Shown here one piece after another: positions 34,623 to 43,763 of a stretch of 64,000 bases of DNA. Position numbers and translations under genes: made by a program. The stretch is from Bacillota bacterium (GTDB lineage Bacteria > Bacillota > Clostridia > Peptostreptococcales > Anaerovoracaceae), in assembly GCA_016280485.1 (NCBI GenBank), contig JAEEGU010000051.1, forward strand, positions 18,166 to 82,165, in the 5' to 3' direction. A model generated the notes under the pieces. That model was not told where the DNA came from. It did no database searches and saw only the letters and a list, made by a program, of their open reading frames with translations. Numbering within the stretch: the first letter of the stretch is position 1; every line of letters begins with the position of its first letter.

Positions 34623-36968
34623 TTAATCGCCGTAAGACCAATCCGTATCGGATGTGCTGTCAGCGACGCCGACGCCATACCGTCCGTCCTCGATCATGGA
34701 ACGGACAGTCTGTGCCGCTTCGGTCCAATTCAGGACGGCAACGGGTTCGTACACGCCGGACTCCCGGATGCAGATGCCTTTTACCCCGGAGTCCAGGAAC
34801 ATCGAGAGATCGCCGACGTCGAAGCCAAAGCAGGCATCCCCAAACTCGTTCCGCAGAAAATCGCCAAAGTCACCGTCAAACAAGAACCGGTCTGACGCCG
34901 CAATGATGCTTTCCGCATCCGAATTGGCCAAACCGTTGACCAGCCCGGCCTCAATGATCTGTTCGACCATCTCGGCGGGGATGCTGTCTTCCGGGTCATT
35001 GGCGGCGTTTTCCATAAGCTCCGCATCCTGCTCGGATTCCGGGACACAGGGCTCGCAGCAGGAAGTAGTGCCGTTGGCAGGTTCTTCCGTCTTTTCGTCG
35101 TCTTCGTCGTCATCGTATTCATCGGGGAAAACCTGTTTCGGATTCTCCAGCCAGGCTTTGTAGGTCTCGATCTCGTTTTCGGCCAGGTAACGGCCGGCGT
35201 CACAGAGCTCCCGAATCCGCTTGGCGACCTTTGACCAGGATACCGTGATGTCCTCAATCGGGCTGCTCAGACCACCCAGGCGGAATCGGATTCCCCTGCT
35301 GTCGTGATCTTCAGCCAGATCCTTGTCAGAAATCGCAGGATAGTTTCCCCCGTTCCCGAAACAGCCCTTCAGAAAAGCAGCGTTTTCGGTGTTGGAAAGA
35401 CCTTTCTGAAACTGCTCGTAAATCGCGAATCGGGTTGTCCCGTAGCTTCGATATACCTCGTCCATGTCGTCCTGCGTGATGTGGACATTCTTGTCACCAT
35501 CATCTTCTGCAGGAGTCATTTCTTCGGAATTATCATTGGATACGTCCGGTTCAGATTGCTCTTGATTTGTCGGAGCAGCCTCGCCTTCAATGCTGCCGGT
35601 GTTTGAGGGTACTTCACTGAAGAACGGATGATTTCCGTTCTGAAGCTGGAGCTCCTCGTCGGACATCTCGTATCCCAGGGCGGAAAGAATCTTATAGAGA
35701 TCATCCAGGCCGTCGTTGGGTTCGTACTCCCAAACATACTGCTTGGAGTCACTGTCCCAACGGTTCTTGATGTATCCCTTCCCAAAGGGGGGATCCGTCA
35801 CCGCACCCGCGAGATAGAGCGCCGACTTTGCGGGGTACTTTCTGCCCGTGTCCGCAGCGTCGAAATAAATCTCTTCATCATCGGCACCAACGTAGTCGCC
35901 TACGCCGGAGAGAGTGTGCCGCAGACCGTTGTAGGAGTTGACATCCACCAGGTTCTCCCAGATCATCGCCATGATTTCCGGCAGGGCCTTCTTTGCCTTG
36001 GTCTCGGAAACGGAAGCAATAAAATTGGTCCGCAGCTTCCGGGGCCTGCTTCTGAGTTCGGCGGCTTTTACTTCCAGATAAGCGATGCGCTCACGCTCTT
36101 TGGCTGCCTTCTCAGTTCTGGCAGTATCCTGGTTCCGCTCTTCTTCCGTCAGGGGACGAAAGACTTCGAAGGCATAATAGCCGTTGTCCTTGAAATAATA
36201 CGGGACCGAACCGCCGAGTAGTTTGGCGTCACTGGGAAGATCGTGTTTTTCCTTGTCTCCGTATGCCACCGTGAGAATACGGCGGAAAGAAGACGTAGAC
36301 GTACCCTCCTCCAGCTTTTCAGCGAAGCTCTCGATAAAAGCGAAATTGGCAGCTTTTACGATTGCCTTTTCCTGCTTCTCCTGGGATACCATAAGCTCCC
36401 GGGCGAAGTTTTTAGTGCCGGCAGCCTGCAGGCAGCGTTTCCGGTCATCTGCGGAGTCCAGAGCGGCGATTGCTGCAAAGTCGAAAAGCGAAACGCCTCG
36501 CGCTTCGGCCTTTTTGAATTCGTCCTTATCCAACTTCAGAAGACCCGTTCGGTTCCGGATCGTCTGGGTGGAGAAACCGGACAGCTTTGAGACTTCTTCA
36601 ATGGTACCGCCGAGGTCCAGCATCATCTGGAAGCCTTCCGCCTGCTCATAGGGCGTCAGGTCGCTTCTCTGGACGTTTTCGCAGACCATGGTTCGCACCT
36701 GGGCCGCTTCGTCCATCTCCACAACGACGCAAGGAAGCTCAGTCAGCCCTGCCTGCTTTGCAGCGGCATGGCGACGGTGGCCGATGATTGCCGTGTACTC
36801 CCCTTCGCCGAGTTCCGGCGCCGGGACGACGGTAAGGTTCTGCAGCACCCCGTTCATCAGGATGCTTGCCGCCAGCTCAGAGAGGTCTCCGAGCTGCTTT
36901 CTGGGGTTCTTGGGGTGTGGATGAATATGCTCCACACCGATGTACATGATTTTCTTCTGTTCGTTCAT
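34623..36968 (-). CDS. large ParB/Srx-domain protein with additional repeated domains (polyvalent-protein-like)
   Basis: Start moved to the ATG at 36968 after the AGAAAGGAAAAC of E4. The ParB box is HPHPKNPRK...GVLQNLTVVP...IIGHRRHAAAKQAG. Two later segments end in ...W(S/T)..A..(I/V)R.(L/M)...GRY. Confidence 0.85.
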   Translation of the reverse strand: MNEQKKIMYIGVEHIHPHPKNPRKQLGDLSELAASILMNGVLQNLTVVPAPELGEGEYTAIIGHRRHAAAKQAGLTELPCVVVEMDEAAQVRTMVCENVQRSDLTPYEQAEGFQMMLDLGGTIEEVSKLSGFSTQTIRNRTGLLKLDKDEFKKAEARGVSLFDFAAIAALDSADDRKRCLQAAGTKNFARELMVSQEKQEKAIVKAANFAFIESFAEKLEEGTSTSSFRRILTVAYGDKEKHDLPSDAKLLGGSVPYYFKDNGYYAFEVFRPLTEEERNQDTARTEKAAKERERIAYLEVKAAELRSRPRKLRTNFIASVSETKAKKALPEIMAMIWENLVDVNSYNGLRHTLSGVGDYVGADDEEIYFDAADTGRKYPAKSALYLAGAVTDPPFGKGYIKNRWDSDSKQYVWEYEPNDGLDDLYKILSALGYEMSDEELQLQNGNHPFFSEVPSNTGSIEGEAAPTNQEQSEPDVSNDNSEEMTPAEDDGDKNVHITQDDMDEVYRSYGTTRFAIYEQFQKGLSNTENAAFLKGCFGNGGNYPAISDKDLAEDHDSRGIRFRLGGLSSPIEDITVSWSKVAKRIRELCDAGRYLAENEIETYKAWLENPKQVFPDEYDDDEDDEKTEEPANGTTSCCEPCVPESEQDAELMENAANDPEDSIPAEMVEQIIEAGLVNGLANSDAESIIAASDRFLFDGDFGDFLRNEFGDACFGFDVGDLSMFLDSGVKGICIRESGVYEPVAVLNWTEAAQTVRSMIEDGRYGVGVADSTSDTDWSYGD

Positions 36969-37159
36969 TTTGTTTTCCTTTCTGCCCGTATTTGGGGCGT
37001 CCTGTTGCGGTTCTTCCTGATATATATAAAAAGAGACCTTTCCCTTTCCGGAAAGATCTCTCAATTACAAAAAAAATACTTCATGCGGCCGCTGGAGTCA
37101 GCAGTAAAATCCTTCATAAAGTACAGGAATAGTATATACTGATTTCGCTTATTTGTCAA
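36969..37159 (-). promoter_or_regulatory. Leader-repeat copy E4
   Basis: Minus strand: TTGACA 37159-37154, 17 nt, TATACT 37136-37131, GTAC 37124-37121. Terminator hairpin 37061-37032 plus U5. Short SD hairpin 36998-36984, with GGAC just 5' of it. Confidence 0.8.
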
Positions 37160-37321
37160 CAGTTTTTCACGCCCCCTCAAAAGAGGGGGCGTTAGAATCA
37201 ACTCTTCTTGATTACGCTATCAGTCTGAGGTTGCGTAGACGAATGAGAGATCGATCATGATTCTCATGTTCATCCAGCAACTCATACTCAAAGTAAGCAG
37301 TATTCTTTGTCAAGCTGTGAC

Positions 37322-37516
37322 TTATTCAAAAGCCTTTTCGCACACGCACTCGAAATCCGAGATGTCATCGTCTTGCGTGGCATCGGTTGCCTCCCAGTCA
37401 TCAGACCAATTCACAGTGTCGGTCTTCTGGTGATCTGCGATATCCATTGCTTCTTCGGCTGTCTCTGCCTCTACGAAAATACATCCTGTTCTGACGATTG
37501 TGACACAGTATTTCAT
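37322..37516 (-). CDS. small acidic protein (paralogue of 51518..51700)
   Basis: ATG at 37516, 9 nt after AAAGGAG. The N-terminus MKYCVTIVRTGCIFVEAETAEEA aligns with MQYVVRMRITAGYTQIVEAENEEEA. Confidence 0.55.
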   Translation of the reverse strand: MKYCVTIVRTGCIFVEAETAEEAMDIADHQKTDTVNWSDDWEATDATQDDDISDFECVCEKAFE

Positions 37517-37517
37517 T

Positions 37518-37619
37518 TCAAACAACTCCTTTTATGCTGACTACCCTTGCTTCGTTTTCGTTGGGACTATCCGCAAGTGCAAGCAGTTTTGCGATCTTGT
37601 CATTTACGTTCATTCTCAT
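37518..37619 (-). pseudogene. 33-aa ORF resembling only the N-terminal motif of DUF2786 proteins (probable remnant)
   Basis: My own translation gives MRMNVNDKIAKLLALADSPNENEARVVSIKGVV. The KIAKLLALA-S-N-NEA motif is from memory. It stops at the SD of the next gene. Confidence 0.3.
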
Positions 37620-37628
37620 TTATGAAAA

Positions 37629-37647
37629 GGGGCGGCAAGGCCGCCCC
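37629..37647 (-). terminator. GC hairpin with short U run
   Basis: GGGGCGGC/GCCGCCCC stem followed by UUUUC on the minus strand. Confidence 0.45.
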
Positions 37648-37693
37648 CCTCAGAGCTAATTGCCCATCAGATATCTGATTGCATCCTGCTTCG

Positions 37694-38287
37694 TCATCTT
37701 GACTTCCTCGCAATGACCGCATCCATCAGGTTGGATGTGCGCAGAACCCACCAGTGGGACGCTTTCTTCGGCTTCCCTATCAGATCCAGCAGGGCTTCCT
37801 CGGTGCCGCAATCAGGACAGATTACAGCGTTTTCAGCATGGCGGGAAACGGCGCCGTGACCAGTAAACTTGCCTCCACAACGAGGGCAAATCCGCTTTTC
37901 GTCCTGGCTGTCCATGATCTCAAGCCGCGTGCTGTTCAGCGATTCCTGCGCATACGCCTCAAAAGCGATTGCATAGTCTTCTTCGCGCATATAGCAGCTT
38001 TCAATCTCCCAGCCGGAAGTTTTCCCACTGTCAGACATGAGCAGATCCAGGCGAATATTCAAGTCGGATTGATCGAGGGACGAGCCATAAACGCCGGAGC
38101 CGTTCTTGTTGGCCTGATATCCCGCATTATTGCTCGTGACAACGTAGGTCCTTGCCGCTAAGTCTCGTGTTTTATCGAAGGAATCCTCAGTAAAGCAGAT
38201 TTGTCCTTCGACATGGACGGTTTCTTGCGTAACAGACTCCACAGCAGCGAAGAGCGCTTTCATCGCCTGATAGTTTAATCTTACCAT
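37694..38287 (-). CDS. hypothetical protein with C-terminal zinc ribbon
   Basis: GGAGGG SD. CPRCGG...CPDCG. Confidence 0.6.
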   Translation of the reverse strand: MVRLNYQAMKALFAAVESVTQETVHVEGQICFTEDSFDKTRDLAARTYVVTSNNAGYQANKNGSGVYGSSLDQSDLNIRLDLLMSDSGKTSGWEIESCYMREEDYAIAFEAYAQESLNSTRLEIMDSQDEKRICPRCGGKFTGHGAVSRHAENAVICPDCGTEEALLDLIGKPKKASHWWVLRTSNLMDAVIARKSR

Positions 38288-38302
38288 GTTCGCCCTCCTG
38301 CA

Positions 38303-38836
38303 TTAGCCGCTGAATTCCCAGGAAGAATACCGGAAGTCCTTGCTCAGAATTCTGTCGAGCTGTTCTTCCACGTATTCTTCAACGTCACGGTCTTCCGGAA
38401 CATCAAACATCATGCTGAAGGAATCTCCCATGTCCGGGAAAATTTTGATTTTGACAGAACTTCCCATGACATCCTTACGGAGTGCGTTGTTGGCTGCTTC
38501 AAACGTAGCGTTGATCTGCTGCCGTTCATGCTCCGCCATGGAACGGAACCGCGGGGAACGGCAAAGAGCCGCGAGGCCGACCTGGAACTCCTTCACTTCC
38601 GACTCTTGCATTGGCCGAAAGATCTTTTCTTCGGCTCGCTTCAGATCTACCGGAATTTCGTCGGAGTGAAGGTGGATCCGCCCCATGGCGCGATATCGAT
38701 CAATCTTCAGGACGTTGTTCATCCGGTCGATACCGATCACTCTGGCGTAGGAGTCAAATTCTGCTGTCCCGCTATCCCGATTTGAATCGTTTTCCGGTTT
38801 GGCGATAATGAGATCGCCTTTCTTGAATTTAATCAC
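38303..38836 (-). CDS. hypothetical protein
   Basis: GTG start after the AAGGAGG SD. 177 aa. Confidence 0.6.
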   Translation of the reverse strand: MIKFKKGDLIIAKPENDSNRDSGTAEFDSYARVIGIDRMNNVLKIDRYRAMGRIHLHSDEIPVDLKRAEEKIFRPMQESEVKEFQVGLAALCRSPRFRSMAEHERQQINATFEAANNALRKDVMGSSVKIKIFPDMGDSFSMMFDVPEDRDVEEYVEEQLDRILSKDFRYSSWEFSG

Positions 38837-38852
38837 TTTCTTGTCCTCCTTA

Positions 38853-39221
38853 CTATTTTGCGCTTTGAGCGTTTTCTTTTACCTGGCTTCGGTATTTGCA
38901 CATATCTTCATTTTCTGAAAACGCCTCTTCAAGGCATTCTTTCCAGTTCAAAGTGTGCTCTGCGCCGGAGCTCGTCCCACAATCGGCCCGCATTTGAATG
39001 TAATCATCCAAAAATGAATCGATTGCCTGTTGATTAGCAAGAACGTCACGATGAATAAGGCCTTCCGAGACCTTACTATTCAAATAACTCATAACGTCTT
39101 CACGAAAATAGACTTCCCGATCGACGAAATTCGAAATTAACGTGGCGTCTTCAATGCTCAGAACAAATGTGAAGCCGGCTCTGGTGCAATACACCATGCC
39201 ATTTTTAAGTGATAATTGCAT
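38853..39221 (-). CDS. hypothetical protein
   Basis: AAGAGG SD. 122 aa. Confidence 0.55.
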   Translation of the reverse strand: MQLSLKNGMVYCTRAGFTFVLSIEDATLISNFVDREVYFREDVMSYLNSKVSEGLIHRDVLANQQAIDSFLDDYIQMRADCGTSSGAEHTLNWKECLEEAFSENEDMCKYRSQVKENAQSAK

Positions 39222-39245
39222 GTTTCGCCTCTTTTCTTTAATTGG

Positions 39246-39497
39246 TCAACAGACCCGCTGGATATCGGTAGAAGCTGCAGAACAGAAAAAATCATCCTGT
39301 GTGAAATTGTACCCACGGTAGCGTCTGAACACTAACCTGTCCGGGATGATTTCGTCTGCCTCAGCCATATCAGCATACGACGGTTCATCGTAGTCTCGTC
39401 CGATAACCTGGGCAAATTTGCCCTCGCTTACGAGCTCAGCCAGATAATTCAGCTTCAGTTCCATGAGCTGTTCTCTGGAAAGCTGTCTCACTTTCAT
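39246..39497 (-). CDS. small hypothetical protein
   Basis: ATGA overlap with the upstream gene. 83 aa. Confidence 0.55.
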   Translation of the reverse strand: MKVRQLSREQLMELKLNYLAELVSEGKFAQVIGRDYDEPSYADMAEADEIIPDRLVFRRYRGYNFTQDDFFCSAASTDIQRVC

Positions 39498-40006
39498 ACG
39501 CGAGCCTCCCTTCTGTAGACCAGCCCATCCCAGATTTCACTCGGAATGGAGGTGTCAAGACCTTCCGCCATGAAATCCAGGAACATCTCCCGGGTCAGAT
39601 TCCTTTCGGCCCATTTCGCCGCGTTGCCAATGATGCGGCGAGCGTCGGGACCGAAATTATAGTTTTCCTCCAGATACCTCTGGAGGTGATCGTACTTGTT
39701 GAAGCAGTCATCGTTGATACAATGCTCCACCATGTAGCCGATGCAGGCTTTCTTCCAGCCGTCAGGATCCGGGCCGGATAGTGCGAGGATGATGTCATTG
39801 ATGACCTCAGATTCCGACATCCATGTCAGATAGTCGCTGGGCCTGTCATAGTCCTCCGCCTCCGTGCCGCCGAAATAGAACCATTCCGGACCAATAAAGC
39901 ACACAAGGCCGTGGCCGGCTTCAGGGTCAAGGTCAAGCTTGACTATCCCGGACATCCACCCTCGACCGATCAGCGTATTCAGATCAGCCTTTACGTTGTC
40001 TTTCAT
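39494..40006 (-). CDS. hypothetical protein (first gene after E5)
   Basis: ATG follows the AGAAAGGAAAACAG of E5. 170 aa. Confidence 0.65.
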   Translation of the reverse strand: MKDNVKADLNTLIGRGWMSGIVKLDLDPEAGHGLVCFIGPEWFYFGGTEAEDYDRPSDYLTWMSESEVINDIILALSGPDPDGWKKACIGYMVEHCINDDCFNKYDHLQRYLEENYNFGPDARRIIGNAAKWAERNLTREMFLDFMAEGLDTSIPSEIWDGLVYRREARV

Positions 40007-40205
40007 CTGTTTTCCTTTCTGCCCACTTGTCCGTGTGGGCCGTCGTTGTGTCCTATCTTCGTGCTATATATAAAAAGAGACCTTCCCCACTCCAGTAGGA
40101 AAGATCTCTCGAATACAAAAAAATACTTCGTGAAGCTGCTGATAACAGCAGTAAATTCTTCATAAAGTACGGTATTAGTATATATTATTTGTGTAATAAA
40201 GTCAA
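40007..40205 (-). promoter_or_regulatory. Leader-repeat copy E5
   Basis: Minus strand: TTGACT 40205-40200, 17 nt, TATACT 40182-40177, GTAC 40170-40167. Terminator hairpin 40109-40076 plus U5. SD hairpin 40040-40021 with loop ACGGACAA. The P2 hairpin is identical to that of E9. Confidence 0.8.
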
Positions 40206-40243
40206 CTGTTTTCGAATTGCATCTCAGAAAAATTGTAAATAAC

Positions 40244-40269
40244 AAAAAAAGCCGCCCCGAAGGACGGCT
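40244..40269 (-). terminator. intrinsic terminator of the E6 operon
   Basis: AGCCGUCCUUCGGGGCGGCU hairpin followed by U7 on the minus strand. Confidence 0.7.
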
Positions 40270-40283
40270 TTTGTGTTTAGAGA

Positions 40284-40481
40284 TTAGTCTCTTTTGTCGC
40301 ATTTTGCAGTCAGGTAGATTTTGAAACCAACTGGAACGCAGCAGTCAAGCCAGTAGTCTCTGTACTCGTACTGTAAGCCGGTTTTTTCTTTTGCTGCTGC
40401 GATTAAGGGTAAATGCTTTCCCTCGCGTATCTCAGCAAAGGAAAATACACCTACAAGCATTCCTTGTCCTCGAACGTACAT
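40284..40481 (-). CDS. small hypothetical protein
   Basis: ORF 40284..40658 trimmed to the internal ATG 7 nt after AGGAGG. 65 aa. Confidence 0.5.
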   Translation of the reverse strand: MYVRGQGMLVGVFSFAEIREGKHLPLIAAAKEKTGLQYEYRDYWLDCCVPVGFKIYLTAKCDKRD

Positions 40482-40500
40482 GGCCAGACCTCCTAAAAAA

Positions 40501-40965
40501 CTATTTCGAAACCCAATAGTTTCCGATACATCCCCGCGTGGAATCCCAGGTGTCAAGCACCTTGAAGCGGCTGTTGATTCCGTCACCGTGGTTGGTTGGC
40601 ACGATAGCAACCGTATGATAGGATCCGATGTTTGCGATGATATTCCCGGTTTCGCCATGGGGGTCGTTTACAGACAGCCAAGTACACCACTCTCTGCCGG
40701 TGTACTTTGAGTTATCCGCTTTCCGGGGCTGCTTCTGCTTTTTCCAGCCTTTTTCCTCCAGGTACTTTCCGTAGCACTGCGGCATATTCAGCATATAACC
40801 TGTTCGGATAGAAACCTCTGCCAATTCACGCACTGTCTGTTCCCAGGTTTGATCCAGGGCGGTGGCGATTGCGCGTATTACGCAATCGCCAGCCTTGGTC
40901 AATCCTTTGAAATTTGCGTTATGGTAGAGGAAAGAGCTGGTTTCAGGGTATTTGCGTTCGCTCAT
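40501..40965 (-). CDS. hypothetical protein with possible papain-like Cys/His arrangement
   Basis: GDCVIRAIA (Cys), then SYHTVAIV (His), then LDTWD. GAAGGAGGG SD. The fold call is tentative. Confidence 0.6.
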   Translation of the reverse strand: MSERKYPETSSFLYHNANFKGLTKAGDCVIRAIATALDQTWEQTVRELAEVSIRTGYMLNMPQCYGKYLEEKGWKKQKQPRKADNSKYTGREWCTWLSVNDPHGETGNIIANIGSYHTVAIVPTNHGDGINSRFKVLDTWDSTRGCIGNYWVSK

Positions 40966-40983
40966 TCCACAGAAGCCCTCCTT

Positions 40984-41181
40984 CTAAGCCGGCAGCCAAA
41001 CGAGATCGCCGTTTTTCACTGCTTGGCAGGCGACGGCGTTGTCTTCTTTGGCAGCATTGAGTCTGTCCGTATCGTCGGTGCAGTAGTCGATCAACTCAAT
41101 CAGTGCGTCCTCCAATTCAGGAGAGACGAAAGCACCAAGGACAAAGCCGTTCTCGTCAACTCTGATGATAATCTTTTTCAT
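40984..41181 (-). CDS. small acidic protein
   Basis: GAAAGGAAAG SD. 65 aa. Confidence 0.55.
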   Translation of the reverse strand: MKKIIIRVDENGFVLGAFVSPELEDALIELIDYCTDDTDRLNAAKEDNAVACQAVKNGDLVWLPA

Positions 41182-41199
41182 GATTAACTTTCCTTTCGT

Positions 41200-41985
41200 T
41201 TATTCCTGGCGTGCAGAACAGACAACGCCTGCGTGCTTATATTCTCTGAAGGGCTCTTCAAACGCATCACACGCGACGCTTTGACCCACCTTCAAGTAGC
41301 GGAACCGGGCAATATTCTGATGCCAGTAGATGCCCTTTTTGATCCCAACATAGACTTCATTCTCCGCTGGGTTAAACACCGCGCTGATTCCATATCCGTC
41401 ATAGAGCGGAATGTAGCAGAGCTCATTTTGGTAGTCCTGAGAAGGAACCATGCCGAGTTCCCGCTTCTCCCGGAGCGTGAAATATGGGACTGTCGTTTTC
41501 AACGCTGAAAAGACCTCAACTTTGTCAAAGTCATCCTCCCCGTCAGAAACCAAGACCTCAAAGCGGTTCTTTACAATTGCGGCCTCACAACCGTCCCGGA
41601 AATGCAGGTCGTCAGCAGCAGTTGCATCACTTGGATAAACGTAACAGGGCCGAATTATTGCAATCGGAGTGTCCGGATTGCCGTTTTTGCCCTTTACGTC
41701 AACAAACAGCTCGAAATCGTACGCAGGATCGCTGTTTCTTGCGATAATGAGACGATTTCCGTCTGGCAGACACACTTCATTTGCCCCGCAGTTTGCCGTC
41801 TGATGGCGATTCTCGCGGCTGCTGGCAGGGTGGCTGTCTTCCGGTTCTTGTACGAAAGTACACATATCTTCCGGCTGTGACAGCGCCCCGCAGGTTTCAC
41901 ATCTGAAAATGGGCTCGCCGTCTTCGGGTTGGGTTCTCGTCCATTCTGTGTGTCCGCATTCGGGACATGACAGGAAGAATTTCAT
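41200..41985 (-). CDS. hypothetical protein with N-terminal zinc ribbon
   Basis: Internal ATG after AAAGGAG, overlapping the upstream stop as ATGA. CPECGH...CETCG. Confidence 0.6.
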   Translation of the reverse strand: MKFFLSCPECGHTEWTRTQPEDGEPIFRCETCGALSQPEDMCTFVQEPEDSHPASSRENRHQTANCGANEVCLPDGNRLIIARNSDPAYDFELFVDVKGKNGNPDTPIAIIRPCYVYPSDATAADDLHFRDGCEAAIVKNRFEVLVSDGEDDFDKVEVFSALKTTVPYFTLREKRELGMVPSQDYQNELCYIPLYDGYGISAVFNPAENEVYVGIKKGIYWHQNIARFRYLKVGQSVACDAFEEPFREYKHAGVVCSARQE

Positions 41986-42587
41986 TTTGCCTGCTCCTTT
42001 CCCGGGAAATCTTTTGCATACAGATCTTCGACTTCTCCCGTCTGATTGTTGAGCAGCGTCGCATGCCAGGCACGCCCCGTCCTGGCGCACTCCTCTTCGA
42101 AACGCTCCAGGGCCTTTTCCTTTGTCTTAAACTCGCATAGTCCGTAGGCCCGAGTTCCATTATCATTCAGAAACGTGAGGTCATACCCAACCCAGGTAAA
42201 GCGGTCCATGTTCTGATTCAGGAACGACGTGAGCCAGAAGACGAACTCCGTCAGCAGCCGGCACATCTCAAGGAAATCTTCCTTTGAACGGCCAAGGCAC
42301 TTATATGTACCGAGCTGAACGTGTTCCCGCTTCATATTGGCGCCTGCTTTGGAAACAATTCCGTCAGCGTAGAGGTCAAGGTAAATACCTTCTGATCCGC
42401 CGAAGTTCGGGATGCCGATCACGTCCCATTCATACGTATCGATCTGAACGGGATGTCCGGTCGGAAGTCCGTAATCCAGAATGTCCGGCAGCAGGCCTTG
42501 CTGCTTCAGAGCCTTGTCGGTGATTTCAAAAAGCTCAGCGCTGGTATACGGGCCGCGGATTGTACCGTCAGAAAATTTCTTCTTCAT
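41982..42587 (-). CDS. hypothetical protein
   Basis: Internal ATG after GAGAAAGGA. 201 aa. Confidence 0.6.
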   Translation of the reverse strand: MKKKFSDGTIRGPYTSAELFEITDKALKQQGLLPDILDYGLPTGHPVQIDTYEWDVIGIPNFGGSEGIYLDLYADGIVSKAGANMKREHVQLGTYKCLGRSKEDFLEMCRLLTEFVFWLTSFLNQNMDRFTWVGYDLTFLNDNGTRAYGLCEFKTKEKALERFEEECARTGRAWHATLLNNQTGEVEDLYAKDFPGKEQAK

Positions 42588-42589
42588 AC

Positions 42590-43159
42590 TTAACCGTCCT
42601 TTCTCCGGTCGAACACACACTCGACATTCCATTCCGTCGTGTCCTCGCCATGAGCGTCGACGATCTTGGCGTATGAGTGATCCTCCGAAATGGTGGATTC
42701 AGTGACATAGCCATCCTCGTGTTCTTCCGTTGCTATCTTCAGCTCCGCGCTGAAGACAGATTCAAGGTAGCGGCACGCGGCATCATATGTCGAAAAGAGG
42801 ACAACCGGAATAGAGGAATCGAACGAATACGTCGTGACTACGGCGTACAGTTTATCCTCTGCGGGTTCTTCCCCCTGCTGGCAAAAGACGATCTGCCAAT
42901 CGAAATCGGCATGATTTGGTCCGTTGTTACGCCACGCGGAATCAGCAAAGAGCTCGCCGTCTCCCGACATATAATGTTTGCCGGGCACGATCTCTTCGAC
43001 CTCGAAAAATTCTTCCAGTGTGGTTTTGCAGGCATCCTTCAGCTCAGCGCACATGGCTGCATAGGCTTCTTCATAGGAACTGAACGCCTTGATCTCCGTT
43101 TCCCGTTCTGCCGTAGATAACAGCAGAAACGGCTTTCCATCTATCTTGATTTTTAGCAT
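42590..43159 (-). CDS. hypothetical protein
   Basis: Internal ATG after GAAAGGAGAAG. 189 aa, acidic. Confidence 0.6.
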   Translation of the reverse strand: MLKIKIDGKPFLLLSTAERETEIKAFSSYEEAYAAMCAELKDACKTTLEEFFEVEEIVPGKHYMSGDGELFADSAWRNNGPNHADFDWQIVFCQQGEEPAEDKLYAVVTTYSFDSSIPVVLFSTYDAACRYLESVFSAELKIATEEHEDGYVTESTISEDHSYAKIVDAHGEDTTEWNVECVFDRRKDG

Positions 43160-43220
43160 AGCTTCTCCTTTCGGTATGCCAGCGGGTGTTACCCCGCTGG
43201 CATCGTCGTTCTTGTTTGTT

Positions 43221-43751
43221 TTATTTTTGCCGTTTCGGATAGAACTGCCTCTGCCGTGCGTAATCGCAGAGCGCGTCGGTAGAATCCGCGGTATAGGCAT
43301 CTTCGAGCCACGCTTCAAAGCTGCATTCCTCCGGCCGGCACTTGAGGTGTGCAATCTGTTCATTTTCGTATGCTTGTCGGTTCTGGTCGTAGTATTCCCG
43401 CAAGAGCACAAGCGGAAACGCCAGCTCGCAGAGGTTATCCTGCTCGCATTCTTCCTCGGAAAACAAACCGGAGCTGTCGCAGTAGACGGTCACGTCGACC
43501 ATTTCCGCGTTAGCCCATTCGTCGGCGTTTTTCTGATCTGTGGGAGGATCAGATTCAGCAATGCTTTGTTCCTGTTCCAACCAGAAGAGCAGCTCGCTGC
43601 CGATAACCGAAGTGAATTCCTGGCAACTTTGGGGATCCTTCAGATCGACTTTGACAGATACGCAATCAGAGTTCGATTCATCCAGAACTGTGCAGCAGCC
43701 AATGTTGGATTCTTTCTCATACTTCAGGGATATGGAAAGCTCTCTTGCCAT
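43221..43751 (-). CDS. acidic hypothetical protein
   Basis: AAGGAGGGG SD. 176 aa, rich in D/E and Cys. Confidence 0.6.
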   Translation of the reverse strand: MARELSISLKYEKESNIGCCTVLDESNSDCVSVKVDLKDPQSCQEFTSVIGSELLFWLEQEQSIAESDPPTDQKNADEWANAEMVDVTVYCDSSGLFSEEECEQDNLCELAFPLVLLREYYDQNRQAYENEQIAHLKCRPEECSFEAWLEDAYTADSTDALCDYARQRQFYPKRQK

Positions 43752-43763
43752 ATTTACCCCTCC

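Noticed and set aside
40284-40658. Full-length track ORF 40284..40658 (124 aa), and similar 5'-extended ORFs (for example 16848..18362, 25094..25570, 34623..37064, 48906..50108).
   Set aside because: The extensions overlap upstream genes or leader RNA and lack an SD. Internal ATG, GTG or TTG codons with canonical SDs give compact, non-overlapping gene models.
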